A DNA stretch of 52,681 nucleotides from a virus (IMGVR_UViG_3300030060_001275:1-52681), one strand, 5' to 3'; counted from the first letter of the stretch, positions 1-10,221 are shown. The notes: generated by a model not told the origin, from the sequence alone. Numbers and translations are program-made.

Positions 1-510
1 GCAACCAATCGTATGCTGTCTAGCATCATTGAACTGGCCTTCATAGTTCAGAGTTAAGTCGGAATCTGACCCGTCAAAAGCCGTTATTTGTGTTCCATTG
101 ACATAAAGCTTTGTTCTATCAGCGGCAGTCGATTGAGTAGAGTCAAACTGCCAGACAATATTCGACCACGCCGCTGTATCTCTGAACAACGTGTTACCTG
201 TTCTCGCAATGACTTGGGTGCCACTATTATAATTTTGGAAGGCTATTTCATCATTTAGGAATTCTAGACCACCAAAGTTATTGAAGTCAGTATGACCAGC
301 AGAGAACAAATACATTTCGCCACTAGAATCGAGATTGCCTCTTTTTACCCAACAGCTAAATGTAAAGGTTTTGCGGTTTCCTGCACTCGATGGAGTAAAA
401 GATAAAAACGCTGAATCATCATCGTTCAGACGTAAAGAATTTTCTATTTCAAATCCATAAAAACCGCCAGAGGCGTACATCCATTGTGATGATCCGAATG
501 GGCCAGACAT
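1..510 (-). CDS. Tail/receptor-binding protein with LamG/concanavalin-A-like domain, runs off window
   Basis: Manually translated from ATG at 510, overlapping the tail fibre stop (TAATG): MSGPFGSSQWMYASGGFYGFEIENSLRLNDDDSAFLSFTPSSAGNRKTFTFSCWVKRGNL. SLR..D...L and TFSCWVKR are typical LamG-like starts in marine phage tail proteins. Confidence 0.7.
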   Translation of the reverse strand, partial: MSGPFGSSQWMYASGGFYGFEIENSLRLNDDDSAFLSFTPSSAGNRKTFTFSCWVKRGNLDSSGEMYLFSAGHTDFNNFGGLEFLNDEIAFQNYNSGTQVIARTGNTLFRDTAAWSNIVWQFDSTQSTAADRTKLYVNGTQITAFDGSDSDLTLNYEGQFNDARQHTIGC

Positions 511-3044
511 TAACTAAACGCCAATTGTGGAGCACCCAAAAGGATGCGGTTAGAAGCCGCTACAACATAAGGTATGATGTCTGTAGCACTTGCGGTACTA
601 GACAATGTGATTCCTGCACCTCCCGCAGTCTCATAATCTGTTCCTAAACTTAGTGTTCTACCGCCCGTGCCGTCTTGTATGCAGACAATGAAGCCGCTTT
701 GACCTACCGTTTCAGTAGATGGGTTAGCCAATGTGACGTTACCTGTCAGTGTTAGTACAAAGTTTTGATTAGCAGAAAAGTCTAATGTGACACTACCTGT
801 GTTTGATGTATCTGTGTCTGTTTTAGCTGTTGCTACAGCACCGACAGTTAAGCCACCTGCTATTGTTACATTAGTTGTGCCTGTCGGTATTTCAATAACA
901 TCTGCGTCAGCATCGTTCTTGATGGTTACATCATTAGTTGAACCCTGCCCTGTCAGAATTAAACCTTCTGCTGCTGTGAAGCCCATAGCTGCATTATCAC
1001 CAGCAGAGGTATCTCCAGTGGCCTCCACAGTGCCGCCAGTAATAACACCTGTAGTAGTTATGGCACTAGCACCATTATCTATAGCACCAAAACCACTTGT
1101 AATAGAACCTGAATCTAGAGCACCTGTTGTAACAATACTTGAACTACCAGCAGCCGCTGATGCCCCGATATCTGATAATACCTCTGATGCAGATCTACTT
1201 TCTAATCCATTAGCAGTAAATCTAGCAAACTCATCATCAGCTACTGAACTGCTATCTATTTTTACAGCGTTAGTGTTAGATATACCAAATGTTAAACTAG
1301 CTTGTCCTCCTATATCGGACAGCACTTCTGATGCAGAACGTCCTTCAACAGATGTTCCTGCAATCCTTAAAAAATCATCATCAGCTACACCACTTGTAAA
1401 AATTGGGATATTAGTATCTGAGATACCAAATGTTAGTGCGGCTTGCCCCCCAATATCAGACAAAACTTCTGAAGCAGATCTGCCTTCAATTGCTGTACCG
1501 TCAATTCGTAAGAAATCATTGTCTGCCGCACCTGACGTAAAGGTTGCAACATTGCCACTGGATATTCCAGAGGAGGGTATATCCGATGTTAAAGCAACTG
1601 TTCCTGCTGACGAGGGTAATGTTACTGTGACATCCGCAGTGGATGCAGGTCCAATCAATGTAACAGCGTTAGTTCCATTATCAGTGTCTTCTTTAAATAA
1701 TATAGAGCCTGCCGCTGAAGATGAACCAGACAACGTAGGGGCAGTTAACGTCTTGTTAGTTAATGTTTGTGAACCAGTAAGTGTTGCTACCGTAGAATCA
1801 ATGGCAACAGTCAGAGTATTCCCTGATCCAGAAGTATCAATACCAGTGCCACCAGCGATATCAAGAGTTTCAGAGTCCAAGTCGATTGAAAGTGCTCCAC
1901 CAGAATCTCCTTGAAAGTCTAAGTCTGACCCTGTTAATTGTGCGTCAACATAAGCCTTAACTGCTTTAGCAGAAGCTAATGTATCATCAGAACCAGATAC
2001 AGAACTTAAATCCGTATCTAAAACACCAGACTTTAAGTTATCAACTTCAATATTAGATACAGTATTATTATCTACATCTATTGTTTTATTAGTCAATGTA
2101 TCAGTGGTTGCTTTACCTACAAGAGTGTCTGTAGCGGCAGGTAAAGTAATTGTAACATCCGCTGTAGACGCTGGTCCGATAAGCGTAGCACTATTAGTAC
2201 CATTATCAGTGTCTTCTTTAAACAGTATTGAACCTGCTGAAGAAGATGATCCAGATAATACAGGAGCAGTTAATGTTTTATTAGTTAATGTTTGCGAACC
2301 AGTTAAGGTTGCAACAGTAGAATCTATCGCTACACTAAGCGTATTACTTGAGCCACTGGTATCAATCCCAGTTCCCCCTGCAATAGTAAGGGATTCTGAG
2401 TCAAGATCAATACTAAGTGCTCCTCCGCTGTCCCCCTGAAAGTCAAGATCTTGTGCCGTAACCTGCGAATCAACATACGTTTTAATTGCTTTTGCTGATG
2501 CAAGGGTATCGTCTGAACCGGATACAGAGGATATGTCCGTGTCGATAGATGTAATTGCTGTACCGGATGTAACAGTGAGGCTGGTAGTAGTAACTGCCGC
2601 CGCTGAAGACCCCCCGATAACTGCCCCGTCGATAGTGCCGCCATTAATATCAGCAGTATCAGCAACCAGACTATCAATGTTTGCTGTACCGTCAATGTGC
2701 AAATCTTTAAATTCTGCACCCGTTGCCCCCAAGTCTACGTCATTGTCTGTTACAGGAACAATCGCACCATCTTGAAAACGCACTTGTTCTACAGAAGAAG
2801 AACTTACGTCTACAAAAACTCCGATACGATTGTTGCTATCACTAACAACAACTTTATTTAGAGGTGTTACTACTCCCGGATCACCGATAAGACCAATTAC
2901 TGGTCCTTCTGCCGTTGTTCCGTCATGCTTATGTCCACCAGTATTGCTAAATACGTTGAGTATCTGATCAAACTCATTATTAGAATCAGCCGCATCAATT
3001 ACATCACCGTCTGTGTATGAACTTTGTCTAGTGTACCCAGCCAT
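510..3044 (-). CDS. Tail fibre protein with internal repeats
   Basis: 844 aa, rich in G/S/T/D/A, with TLTNKT motifs, a duplicated ~135-aa block and three ~47-aa repeats; lies downstream of the tail tube genes. Confidence 0.85.
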   Translation of the reverse strand: MAGYTRQSSYTDGDVIDAADSNNEFDQILNVFSNTGGHKHDGTTAEGPVIGLIGDPGVVTPLNKVVVSDSNNRIGVFVDVSSSSVEQVRFQDGAIVPVTDNDVDLGATGAEFKDLHIDGTANIDSLVADTADINGGTIDGAVIGGSSAAAVTTTSLTVTSGTAITSIDTDISSVSGSDDTLASAKAIKTYVDSQVTAQDLDFQGDSGGALSIDLDSESLTIAGGTGIDTSGSSNTLSVAIDSTVATLTGSQTLTNKTLTAPVLSGSSSSAGSILFKEDTDNGTNSATLIGPASTADVTITLPAATDTLVGKATTDTLTNKTIDVDNNTVSNIEVDNLKSGVLDTDLSSVSGSDDTLASAKAVKAYVDAQLTGSDLDFQGDSGGALSIDLDSETLDIAGGTGIDTSGSGNTLTVAIDSTVATLTGSQTLTNKTLTAPTLSGSSSAAGSILFKEDTDNGTNAVTLIGPASTADVTVTLPSSAGTVALTSDIPSSGISSGNVATFTSGAADNDFLRIDGTAIEGRSASEVLSDIGGQAALTFGISDTNIPIFTSGVADDDFLRIAGTSVEGRSASEVLSDIGGQASLTFGISNTNAVKIDSSSVADDEFARFTANGLESRSASEVLSDIGASAAAGSSSIVTTGALDSGSITSGFGAIDNGASAITTTGVITGGTVEATGDTSAGDNAAMGFTAAEGLILTGQGSTNDVTIKNDADADVIEIPTGTTNVTIAGGLTVGAVATAKTDTDTSNTGSVTLDFSANQNFVLTLTGNVTLANPSTETVGQSGFIVCIQDGTGGRTLSLGTDYETAGGAGITLSSTASATDIIPYVVAASNRILLGAPQLAFS

Positions 3045-3045
3045 G

Positions 3046-4761
3046 TTATCGCCTTGCTCCTACTCCGAACTCCAATTGGAATCCTTTTAGTGAATATGGT
3101 GCTGATGCCGCTGTATCATTTATGCGTAGCGCAACAGCAAAACCTGAACCTTCTACAGATTGCCTTAATAATGGTGTTCTTTGACCACCATACGTTCCTG
3201 TACTACCGTATGTACTTACTCCATACAGTGCAAGAACATCAGAAGCGTTTAAAATATATGCAGCAGGATTAGTTGAATCAGGAGATTCATAATCATATCT
3301 TAAAAATAAACTAGCATTAATAGCCGCTTCAGGTGCATAGTTTATAATTATTCGATGCATATCTTTGCGTATACCCGCATCTCCCATAGTTAAATCTGGA
3401 GAACGGTATCTGCCATTAATAGCTGTACCATCAAATGTGTTACCACTCTCTTGCAAAAACACATAGCCGTCAAAGCCACCATGCAATACAGTTTCTGGTT
3501 GTCTTTCATTATCGTAATCTGTACAAGCAGGTTTAATGCCTTTTAATTCAGAAAATACAAAACCCTGTTGTGTTAAGCTAGCTATTATTCCTAAAGTATT
3601 AGCTACTGAATCTGTTTCGTTTACAAAAAATATTCTATATTGTGTTTTGGTAGGGACTACAACAGACTCAATTTGATCAAATGAAGTAAGTCCATCAAAC
3701 TTTACTTGAACAGGTTTTGAAATTGTTCCTAATTCAACATCTCCAATTTTATCCGTACCTGCAATAGTACGCAATCCATCAGGAGCTAGAAATATAATAT
3801 CTCCTCCTAATTCCTGAACACTGTGTTTAGCAGAACAACCTAGATCACGAGTAACTGGTTGTAATACAAAGTCGCTTAATGTATTTCCTGTAATTTTAAA
3901 TATTTTTTCTCTTCCAAAGACGTACAACTGATCTCTGAAAGTCTTTAATGCTACGACTGTATCATCAACACTGATACTACCTCCCCCATTACCAGAGGAA
4001 AAATCATTTTCTGAGAAAGGCGCACTAAAAAATACTTGGTTAGGACTAGCACTATGCCCAGATAAAAATACATGATTTTTAAATATTTCAACAATAGATG
4101 GAGCAGAGGGTGCATCTGAATGTGTAATGTCTGTTACAGAAGAACCATTATAAAAACTTGCTCTATTAACACCATCAACAAAAATTAATTTACTTGTGCC
4201 TGCAAAATTATATCTTTTGAAAGAAAACTTACCTGCATTTGTTCTACCCGAATCTATAGAAGTCCAAGTTTGTGATACAACAGCATCATCAGAATGAGAA
4301 GCGGCACTAGTATTATTAACTCCTCTGGTGCAACCAGTAAACGTAGTGCTTGTAGTACCTGTATAAGTTATCTGTTCTGTGCCAATTAAAAGTGTTCCAG
4401 TAGAAGTAAATCCAGTAGTTGAGTCTACAGTTATAGTAGTTACAGAATCATTGATTGCACCATTTAACTGATCTGTTTGATTTGTAGAGCGAAATACAGA
4501 TTCGCCTCTTGCCGCTATAACTTCAGTTGATCCATAACTTGCCGCCATTAACACTGGCTCAGATGCAGAGGCTGTTTGAGGAACTACACTACTATTCCAT
4601 TTACTAAATCCGTTTATCCTCCGATATCCTCCATTAATATCAGATTCAAAATTTATTAATTCAAGAGCCATGCCCGGTTCTAAAGTAAAAGCAGATCTGT
4701 TAAGAACAAGACCACCAGAGCAGGAAAACTGTAACGGTTGTACGCCAGACTGATCTGCCAT
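3046..4761 (-). CDS. Tail nozzle / tail tubular protein B (P22 gp10-like)
   Basis: 571 aa, beta-rich; position between adaptor and fibre as in podoviruses. Confidence 0.65.
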   Translation of the reverse strand: MADQSGVQPLQFSCSGGLVLNRSAFTLEPGMALELINFESDINGGYRRINGFSKWNSSVVPQTASASEPVLMAASYGSTEVIAARGESVFRSTNQTDQLNGAINDSVTTITVDSTTGFTSTGTLLIGTEQITYTGTTSTTFTGCTRGVNNTSAASHSDDAVVSQTWTSIDSGRTNAGKFSFKRYNFAGTSKLIFVDGVNRASFYNGSSVTDITHSDAPSAPSIVEIFKNHVFLSGHSASPNQVFFSAPFSENDFSSGNGGGSISVDDTVVALKTFRDQLYVFGREKIFKITGNTLSDFVLQPVTRDLGCSAKHSVQELGGDIIFLAPDGLRTIAGTDKIGDVELGTISKPVQVKFDGLTSFDQIESVVVPTKTQYRIFFVNETDSVANTLGIIASLTQQGFVFSELKGIKPACTDYDNERQPETVLHGGFDGYVFLQESGNTFDGTAINGRYRSPDLTMGDAGIRKDMHRIIINYAPEAAINASLFLRYDYESPDSTNPAAYILNASDVLALYGVSTYGSTGTYGGQRTPLLRQSVEGSGFAVALRINDTAASAPYSLKGFQLEFGVGARR

Positions 4762-4762
4762 G

Positions 4763-5482
4763 TTAGGTCACCGTTGAATTTATAAATGAAAATCTGTTAT
4801 TTCTAGGAATATATGTAGAACGAACATAATCATGTCTGTTACCTAACACACCCAGCATATTTTTAATACCTTCATCAAAACGATCTAAACTTAATTGATA
4901 CTGCGTAGTTTCACCACGAAACTGATAACCATACATGACAGCACCATCAGCTATAACATGCCTAAATCTTTCTGGTATAGAAGGCACATCCCCGTGTGCA
5001 GATAAATCAGCAGGAAATGTATAAAAATCAAATTTTATTTTATAGGTATCATCTGGATATGGATACAAACCATATTTATTAGCAGGATCTCTAAATACAT
5101 GAGTAGGCTTGCCACCCACATCAGAAGTATCCTCTTGATCACTATATTTTTCAATGTATTCTTTATAATCTATAAAAGTAAGTTTTCTTCCCGTTGCTCC
5201 CTTAGATGTATCAGGAACTAGTCTAAAGGTATTATAATCTATTAATTTAGTGCTAGTGGGTAGTGCATATCTTGTTTGATTAGCAACAAGTGTAATTTCA
5301 GCCTCTGAATGATTAAAAGGCCAAGCATACTCTCGTTGATTAATATTTCTGATAGCAGAGTTTACTGCATTTTTGCATTGTGTTTGAAACCCACGAGAAG
5401 AAGCAAAGTTAGCAGAAGTTAAAGGAACTTCATTAAATCTTGCTAGCACTTCATTTGTAACATCTAAATATGTATATGCCAT
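4763..5482 (-). CDS. Head-tail adaptor / tail tubular protein A
   Basis: 239 aa; MTYLD..NEVL.R..E N-terminus, WPF and YPYPD motifs; synteny. Confidence 0.7.
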   Translation of the reverse strand: MAYTYLDVTNEVLARFNEVPLTSANFASSRGFQTQCKNAVNSAIRNINQREYAWPFNHSEAEITLVANQTRYALPTSTKLIDYNTFRLVPDTSKGATGRKLTFIDYKEYIEKYSDQEDTSDVGGKPTHVFRDPANKYGLYPYPDDTYKIKFDFYTFPADLSAHGDVPSIPERFRHVIADGAVMYGYQFRGETTQYQLSLDRFDEGIKNMLGVLGNRHDYVRSTYIPRNNRFSFINSTVT

Positions 5483-5501
5483 TAGAAATATTAACCCTTG
5501 T

Positions 5502-5526
5502 AGAGAAGAAGGGGGCCGAAGCCCCC
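5502..5526 (-). terminator. Intrinsic terminator after the capsid operon
   Basis: Minus strand GGGGGC-TTCG-GCCCCC followed by TTCTTCTCT. Confidence 0.75.
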
Positions 5527-5533
5527 GACTTAT

Positions 5534-6049
5534 TTATGCAAGCTGATCTCTTACTACTTCAGCAATGTCGTCTTCTCTTCCATTGAAGTCAGCGACAAGT
5601 GCGTAAACACGTAGCTTACCAACTGTAACATCAGCAGAACTAGCAATTAATTTAACATCAATTGTATCTGTAGAAGTTACAAGCTGGGTGTAAGTAGCTT
5701 GACTTGTTATATTTGCTCCGCCATTAGAACCAGCGGCGAGGAAGCCTGTAGATGTTACATCACCACCATCAACAATGTCATCACCAGCGGCGAAATCAAT
5801 GTCAACAGTAGGAGAGGAGCCATCAAAGGCAGTTAGTACCTCTGCACCAGCAGCAATAATCATAGTATTAGCTGGAATTTCTAATACTTGGAAAATGTCA
5901 CCGTTAGTGCATGAGTAGTTAGCAATTTCAGAAATATCTAAAACGCCTTCTAGCATGGTAACAGCAGTTTCCATATTGCGAAGTACAGGTACTACATCAG
6001 CTTTTTCCTCTGTAAAAGTTGATGCAAGGGTAAGATCAAAAGTAGCCAT
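5534..6049 (-). CDS. Minor capsid / decoration protein (putative)
   Basis: 171 aa, acidic and beta-rich, directly after the major capsid gene and before the terminator. Confidence 0.55.
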   Translation of the reverse strand: MATFDLTLASTFTEEKADVVPVLRNMETAVTMLEGVLDISEIANYSCTNGDIFQVLEIPANTMIIAAGAEVLTAFDGSSPTVDIDFAAGDDIVDGGDVTSTGFLAAGSNGGANITSQATYTQLVTSTDTIDVKLIASSADVTVGKLRVYALVADFNGREDDIAEVVRDQLA

Positions 6050-6062
6050 TATCTATCTCTCC

Positions 6063-7133
6063 TTATGCCGCATTGTACTTAGCAGTCACAATAGCTTCTG
6101 GACGAAGAATCTTGCGACCATATAAGTGCATACCACGGACAATATCAGCAAAGCTGTCAGGATCACGATATGTCTCAGTTTTATTGATCTGTTGAGCAGT
6201 AGCAACCGCTGAATCGTGACCTGCAACAATAACTCCAAAGTTACTGTTCTGATTTGCTGAACCTGAAGTACCAGCACCAGTTCCAACAGAAGGCAAGTTG
6301 TTAGAAACAATTACACGGAATCCGTGTAGGTTGTTTACTACCAAACCATTCTGAAGACCAGCACCACCAAAGTCTGCGTTTAACAGACGAGAATCTTCAT
6401 CTTTTAGCAGTTCCATGAAGACCGGATCAACAACAAGCCAACGTCCCTGCGTATCAACATACTGCTGATCAAGTAGACGACCCATACGAGAAATAACCTG
6501 AAGAGGAGATGCTGACGCTGTAGCAAGCGCAGTAGCACCCGGTAAACGAGGCACTAATGGGATTGAGTGATCTCCAGCAGAGCCTGTGGTGATATTACCA
6601 AAGCTATCTTTACGAAGCTTCATAGTAGTCAAAAGCTCGTCAGATCCTGCTGTGCTTACAGCTTTACTTCCAGATACCACATCGTTTGCGGTACTGGCAA
6701 CTGCGGATAAAGATGCTTGCTTAAAGCCAGATAAATATCCAAGCACTTCAGCGTCATATTGATCACGAAGACGATATGCCGCACGATCAGAAGCCATCTG
6801 TAAAAAGTTTACATGTGAATGTGCTTCTTCAATGTCATCAATCTTGAAAGCAAAGTAATTTGACTTATCAATGACAAGAGTAAAATCTTCATCATCAAGA
6901 TCTTGAGGGACAATTTGAGCACCACGAGCATACTGTTTAACAGTGATTTCTGGCTCTTTAATAATTTTGACAGAGTCACCCATTTGGGCTATCTCTCCAA
7001 AATAATCATTATTTGTTATGCCTTCTATTACAGAGGCTTTACGAAAAGCAAGCTGCACTTGCTTACTGTAAATAATAGGGCTAAAGTTACCATTTGGTAG
7101 GTTACCATAGCCCGATGCAGTTTGAAATGCCAT
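6063..7133 (-). CDS. Major capsid protein
   Basis: 356 aa; FSPIIYSK, NNDYFGEI..GDSVKI, FAFKIDDIE, DIVRGMHLYGRKILRPEA motifs; AGGAG SD. Confidence 0.92.
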   Translation of the reverse strand: MAFQTASGYGNLPNGNFSPIIYSKQVQLAFRKASVIEGITNNDYFGEIAQMGDSVKIIKEPEITVKQYARGAQIVPQDLDDEDFTLVIDKSNYFAFKIDDIEEAHSHVNFLQMASDRAAYRLRDQYDAEVLGYLSGFKQASLSAVASTANDVVSGSKAVSTAGSDELLTTMKLRKDSFGNITTGSAGDHSIPLVPRLPGATALATASASPLQVISRMGRLLDQQYVDTQGRWLVVDPVFMELLKDEDSRLLNADFGGAGLQNGLVVNNLHGFRVIVSNNLPSVGTGAGTSGSANQNSNFGVIVAGHDSAVATAQQINKTETYRDPDSFADIVRGMHLYGRKILRPEAIVTAKYNAA

Positions 7134-7372
7134 TTTAAAACACTCCTGTATTTTAACATTGGGTTAGGTTTTACGTGTAACTTCGGCAGAGGCCATCTAG
7201 CATCAGGGTGGTATTTTTATCTGCCAAAATAAAAATGCGGCCTGAGTAGTTAGGGTATTCTGTGAAGGCGAAGCAAGGCTTCTGAACACTTTACTAACTG
7301 GCGAGAAAATAAAGTAAACAGTTGCCTTGCTTCTAAGTTAATTGTGGGTATCCGTAATGGGGCCACATCTAT
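7134..7372 (-). promoter_or_regulatory. Structured ~240-nt 5' leader of the major capsid gene
   Basis: ORF-free with nested inverted repeats: 7270-7279/7324-7333 (perfect 10 bp), 7203-7207/7241-7245, 7178-7183/7335-7340, and a hairpin at 7343-7367. Confidence 0.7.
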
Positions 7373-7381
7373 TATATTATA

Positions 7382-7411
7382 TAGTTATATCCATAAAAAA
7401 TCATTTGTCAA
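7382..7411 (-). promoter_or_regulatory. Promoter TTGACA-N16-TATAACTA upstream of capsid leader
   Basis: TTGACA at 7411-7406 and TATAAC at 7389-7384; the same architecture occurs at four other sites. Confidence 0.8.
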
Positions 7412-7416
7412 CACTT

Positions 7417-8304
7417 TTATCGCGCTGAACCAGACATATCATAGATAAACTTTTCTGTGCGAATAGCTTCAGCAATTTCTTCCTGCGCTTTCTCAAACTG
7501 TTGTGCAGTCATTTTATCTACATCAGATTCTTTAATATATGACTTTGTTTCATCTCCTTCAGGAACAGAACGTGATGAGCGAGTGCCGATAGCTTTAGCC
7601 GCTTCTTTTTCTTTAGAAGATTTCTTTTTAGTATTTATTCCCATGTCAGCTTTATATAAGTCAATAGCACGAGAAGCCGCTTTTGCGTCATCCCCATTAT
7701 CATATAAAGCATCCTGTACCCACTTAGGTTGTTCTTCAACCCAGTTGTGGAACTCATCGGTATCACGGATTTGTTCAAAGTCAGGTTGCAGGCGCATAAG
7801 TTCAGCTTCTGCTTTCTCACGCTGTGCTTCCTGTTTCATTTCATCTATTTGTTTAAATTTACTTTCAAACTCAGATGCTTGCTCATGCGCTTTTTTCATT
7901 GCGATTGTTTCTACAATCTGAGCAACATCAGGATATTCCTTCATCCAAGATTCTAACTCATCTTCGGATTTAGGATACTGTATTTCTTTTTTAGTGGATG
8001 CCTCTAACTGTGCACGAAGATCATTAATCTGTTTCTGTAAATCAGACTCTTGTTTTTGAGAGTGTCTACGCAGATCACCATATCGTTTTTTAAACGTCTT
8101 TTCTTCTGCTGTCGTTGGCTCCGGTTCAGCCTCTTCAGCTTGCACTTCTTCTTTTGGAGAGCCTTCTTCTTTTGCCTTTAATAACTCAGCAAGCTCAGCT
8201 TCCTCTTCTTCAATGCGCTTTTTGTTTGCGTTGCGCTTTGCAAAACTAGATGCAACTTTTACTTGTTCAACTTTTTCAGTCATTTCAGTTTGTGTAGTAG
8301 ACAT
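7417..8304 (-). CDS. Capsid scaffolding protein
   Basis: 295 aa, highly charged coiled coil (FKKRYGDLRRH), immediately upstream of MCP. Confidence 0.8.
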   Translation of the reverse strand: MSTTQTEMTEKVEQVKVASSFAKRNANKKRIEEEEAELAELLKAKEEGSPKEEVQAEEAEPEPTTAEEKTFKKRYGDLRRHSQKQESDLQKQINDLRAQLEASTKKEIQYPKSEDELESWMKEYPDVAQIVETIAMKKAHEQASEFESKFKQIDEMKQEAQREKAEAELMRLQPDFEQIRDTDEFHNWVEEQPKWVQDALYDNGDDAKAASRAIDLYKADMGINTKKKSSKEKEAAKAIGTRSSRSVPEGDETKSYIKESDVDKMTAQQFEKAQEEIAEAIRTEKFIYDMSGSAR

Positions 8305-8318
8305 TGTATTTCCTTTTG

Positions 8319-8391
8319 TCTGGGGCTAACGGTTGCCGAAGGGCGTTAGGTAGCCAGTAGTATTATATCACTTTTTACGTGATGATTTCAA
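8319..8391 (-). promoter_or_regulatory. Scaffold promoter and leader hairpin
   Basis: TTGAAA-N18-TATAAT with extended TG (8391-8362), then hairpin CTGG-CTAC-CTAACG...CGTTAG-CC-CCAG just before the SD. Confidence 0.55.
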
Positions 8392-10221
8392 TGCACGTTT
8401 AGTTTGTTCTTGTACTGCTCCGCCTTTGGAGAATGGTGATGAAAACGTATCTTTGCTACTACCTGTTCCACTTAAATCATCTCTTGATTCACCTCTCGTA
8501 GTTCCTGCACCACTTCTCTCTTCTTGCCTATCTTGAGCTTCTTGCCTGTCGCGCTCAGCTTGAACTGCTGATTGAGAAGTTGGTGTATCATCAGCTGGTG
8601 TACTGATGCTAACGTCAATGCCTTTAGCCCCTTTTGTTGATATTTGTGTTGCGGCTAACGACGATCTTCTTGATGCTTCTGCTGGAGTTAATGTGGTTTT
8701 TCCTTTAACTACTCCCCCACCCGGAGTAACCGTGTAATCAATTCCTCCAATCTTTACATCGACAGAATCTCTTTCTCCTGTGGTTACTTTTTCTACATAT
8801 TGCGGAATAGCTCCTAATTTAATAAGTTCTTTTGTTTCATCTCTTGATATGTTTAACTCTTTAGAAAGAGTGTCGTAAAAATCGCTTTTCTTTATTGTAG
8901 TATTGATACCAGTTGCAACAGCACCTACTGGACCACCGACTTTAGCTAAAGCTTTCACGTGATCTATTAATGTTGCATTTGGCCCAAGTTGTGATCGTGG
9001 ATCGAGTTTCCAAGCTTCGCTTAATTCTGTGCCTAATCCCAATGATTTTTCTAACTCCACCATTGCAATTGTTTCATAAGAGTCAAATGCTATTTGATCA
9101 GATCTGTCCTGTTGCCCTTTAGATTTTTCATCTCCATCTCCACCTGTAGGTTGTGTTACAGTGGGTTGTGTAATTTTAGGGGCTTTCTGTTCTTCTGGTT
9201 TATATACTTTGTATCCTGATGGAATTTCTTGCTGTGGCTTGCCATCAATAAACATAATAGTAATTAGCTCACCATTAGGACCAATGTACTGTCTTTGTTC
9301 CGTAGTAGGTACTTTTCCTGTGCCAGCAGCCTGAGCAGGACGAGAAATAAACTGAGAGTAATTAGGGAGTGGTGCTTGTGGAATACCGGGAACCTGATAT
9401 CCACCTTGTTGCTGGGAAGGCGGCATGTAACCATAGCTAAATTGTTGAGGTGCAGGTTGGCCCGGAATTAAAGCTCCTTGCTGTGCATAAACAATTCCGC
9501 CCTCATTAAACTCCATAGTTGATGGGTCATTAGGATCAAACTCATCAATCATAGAGTCTATATCTACTTCCATTTCTGCTGTATCAGACATAGTAGCCTC
9601 ATCAGAATTGCCCATCTGCCCCATAGCTTCCATTTGTGCAAGACCTTGTTTAGCTTTATTACGCAACTGCATCAAATTTTCTAAACCAATATAGCGTGTT
9701 ACATCTGCTGGAAATACAAACTCTCCTTCACTAAGTTGTGCAGGAATATCATCTCTGACTTCTTTTTGGGTAGAGCCTACAGGTACAGCATTTCCAGATA
9801 CAGGATCAACTGTGCCACCTTCATCTTGAAGACCACCTTCTGCAAATCCACCAGCTTTTGATAGTCTAAGATATAACTTTTCAGCTTCTTCTAGCGTAAG
9901 TTCTCCCGCCCGAATTTTTAGTTTAATTTTTTCAACTACAGCTTTACTTGCCGCATCTTTATCTTCTTCTGTAATTTTATTTGCTTTTGTTGCTTTATCC
10001 AGTTCTAAAAAAGCAGAAGTCTTAGCATCTTCCAACGACATATCTTTTCTATCTCGAATACTTTGTTTAATTTTTTCTGCTTCTTCATCAGACATATTAC
10101 CCCTGCTAATGCTTACACTTTCTCCAGCCGCATCTTTTTTAATTGTCATATCTCCAATTGTGGATAGGCCGCCCTTGTCAAACATTTGCATTTGATCTTC
10201 AGTTTTCTTTTTTCTAGCCAT
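8368..10221 (-). CDS. Head-module protein with DDIPAQLSEGEFV domain and several FxxGG motifs (candidate processing protein)
   Basis: 617 aa between portal and scaffold; contains FDKGG, FAEGG, FNEGG, FSKGG and DDIPAQLSEGEFVFPADVTRYIG. Confidence 0.6.
   Translation of the reverse strand: MARKKKTEDQMQMFDKGGLSTIGDMTIKKDAAGESVSISRGNMSDEEAEKIKQSIRDRKDMSLEDAKTSAFLELDKATKANKITEEDKDAASKAVVEKIKLKIRAGELTLEEAEKLYLRLSKAGGFAEGGLQDEGGTVDPVSGNAVPVGSTQKEVRDDIPAQLSEGEFVFPADVTRYIGLENLMQLRNKAKQGLAQMEAMGQMGNSDEATMSDTAEMEVDIDSMIDEFDPNDPSTMEFNEGGIVYAQQGALIPGQPAPQQFSYGYMPPSQQQGGYQVPGIPQAPLPNYSQFISRPAQAAGTGKVPTTEQRQYIGPNGELITIMFIDGKPQQEIPSGYKVYKPEEQKAPKITQPTVTQPTGGDGDEKSKGQQDRSDQIAFDSYETIAMVELEKSLGLGTELSEAWKLDPRSQLGPNATLIDHVKALAKVGGPVGAVATGINTTIKKSDFYDTLSKELNISRDETKELIKLGAIPQYVEKVTTGERDSVDVKIGGIDYTVTPGGGVVKGKTTLTPAEASRRSSLAATQISTKGAKGIDVSISTPADDTPTSQSAVQAERDRQEAQDRQEERSGAGTTRGESRDDLSGTGSSKDTFSSPFSKGGAVQEQTKRALKSSRKK

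Noticed and set aside
787-2775. Long plus-strand ORFs (787-1914, 2104-2439, 2533-2775)
   Set aside because: Antisense shadows of the low-complexity tail fibre gene, with no SD or recognisable motifs.
510-3044. Diversity-generating retroelement acting on tail fibre repeats
   Set aside because: No reverse transcriptase in the window, and the repeats are in-frame coding duplications without evident adenine-specific variation.
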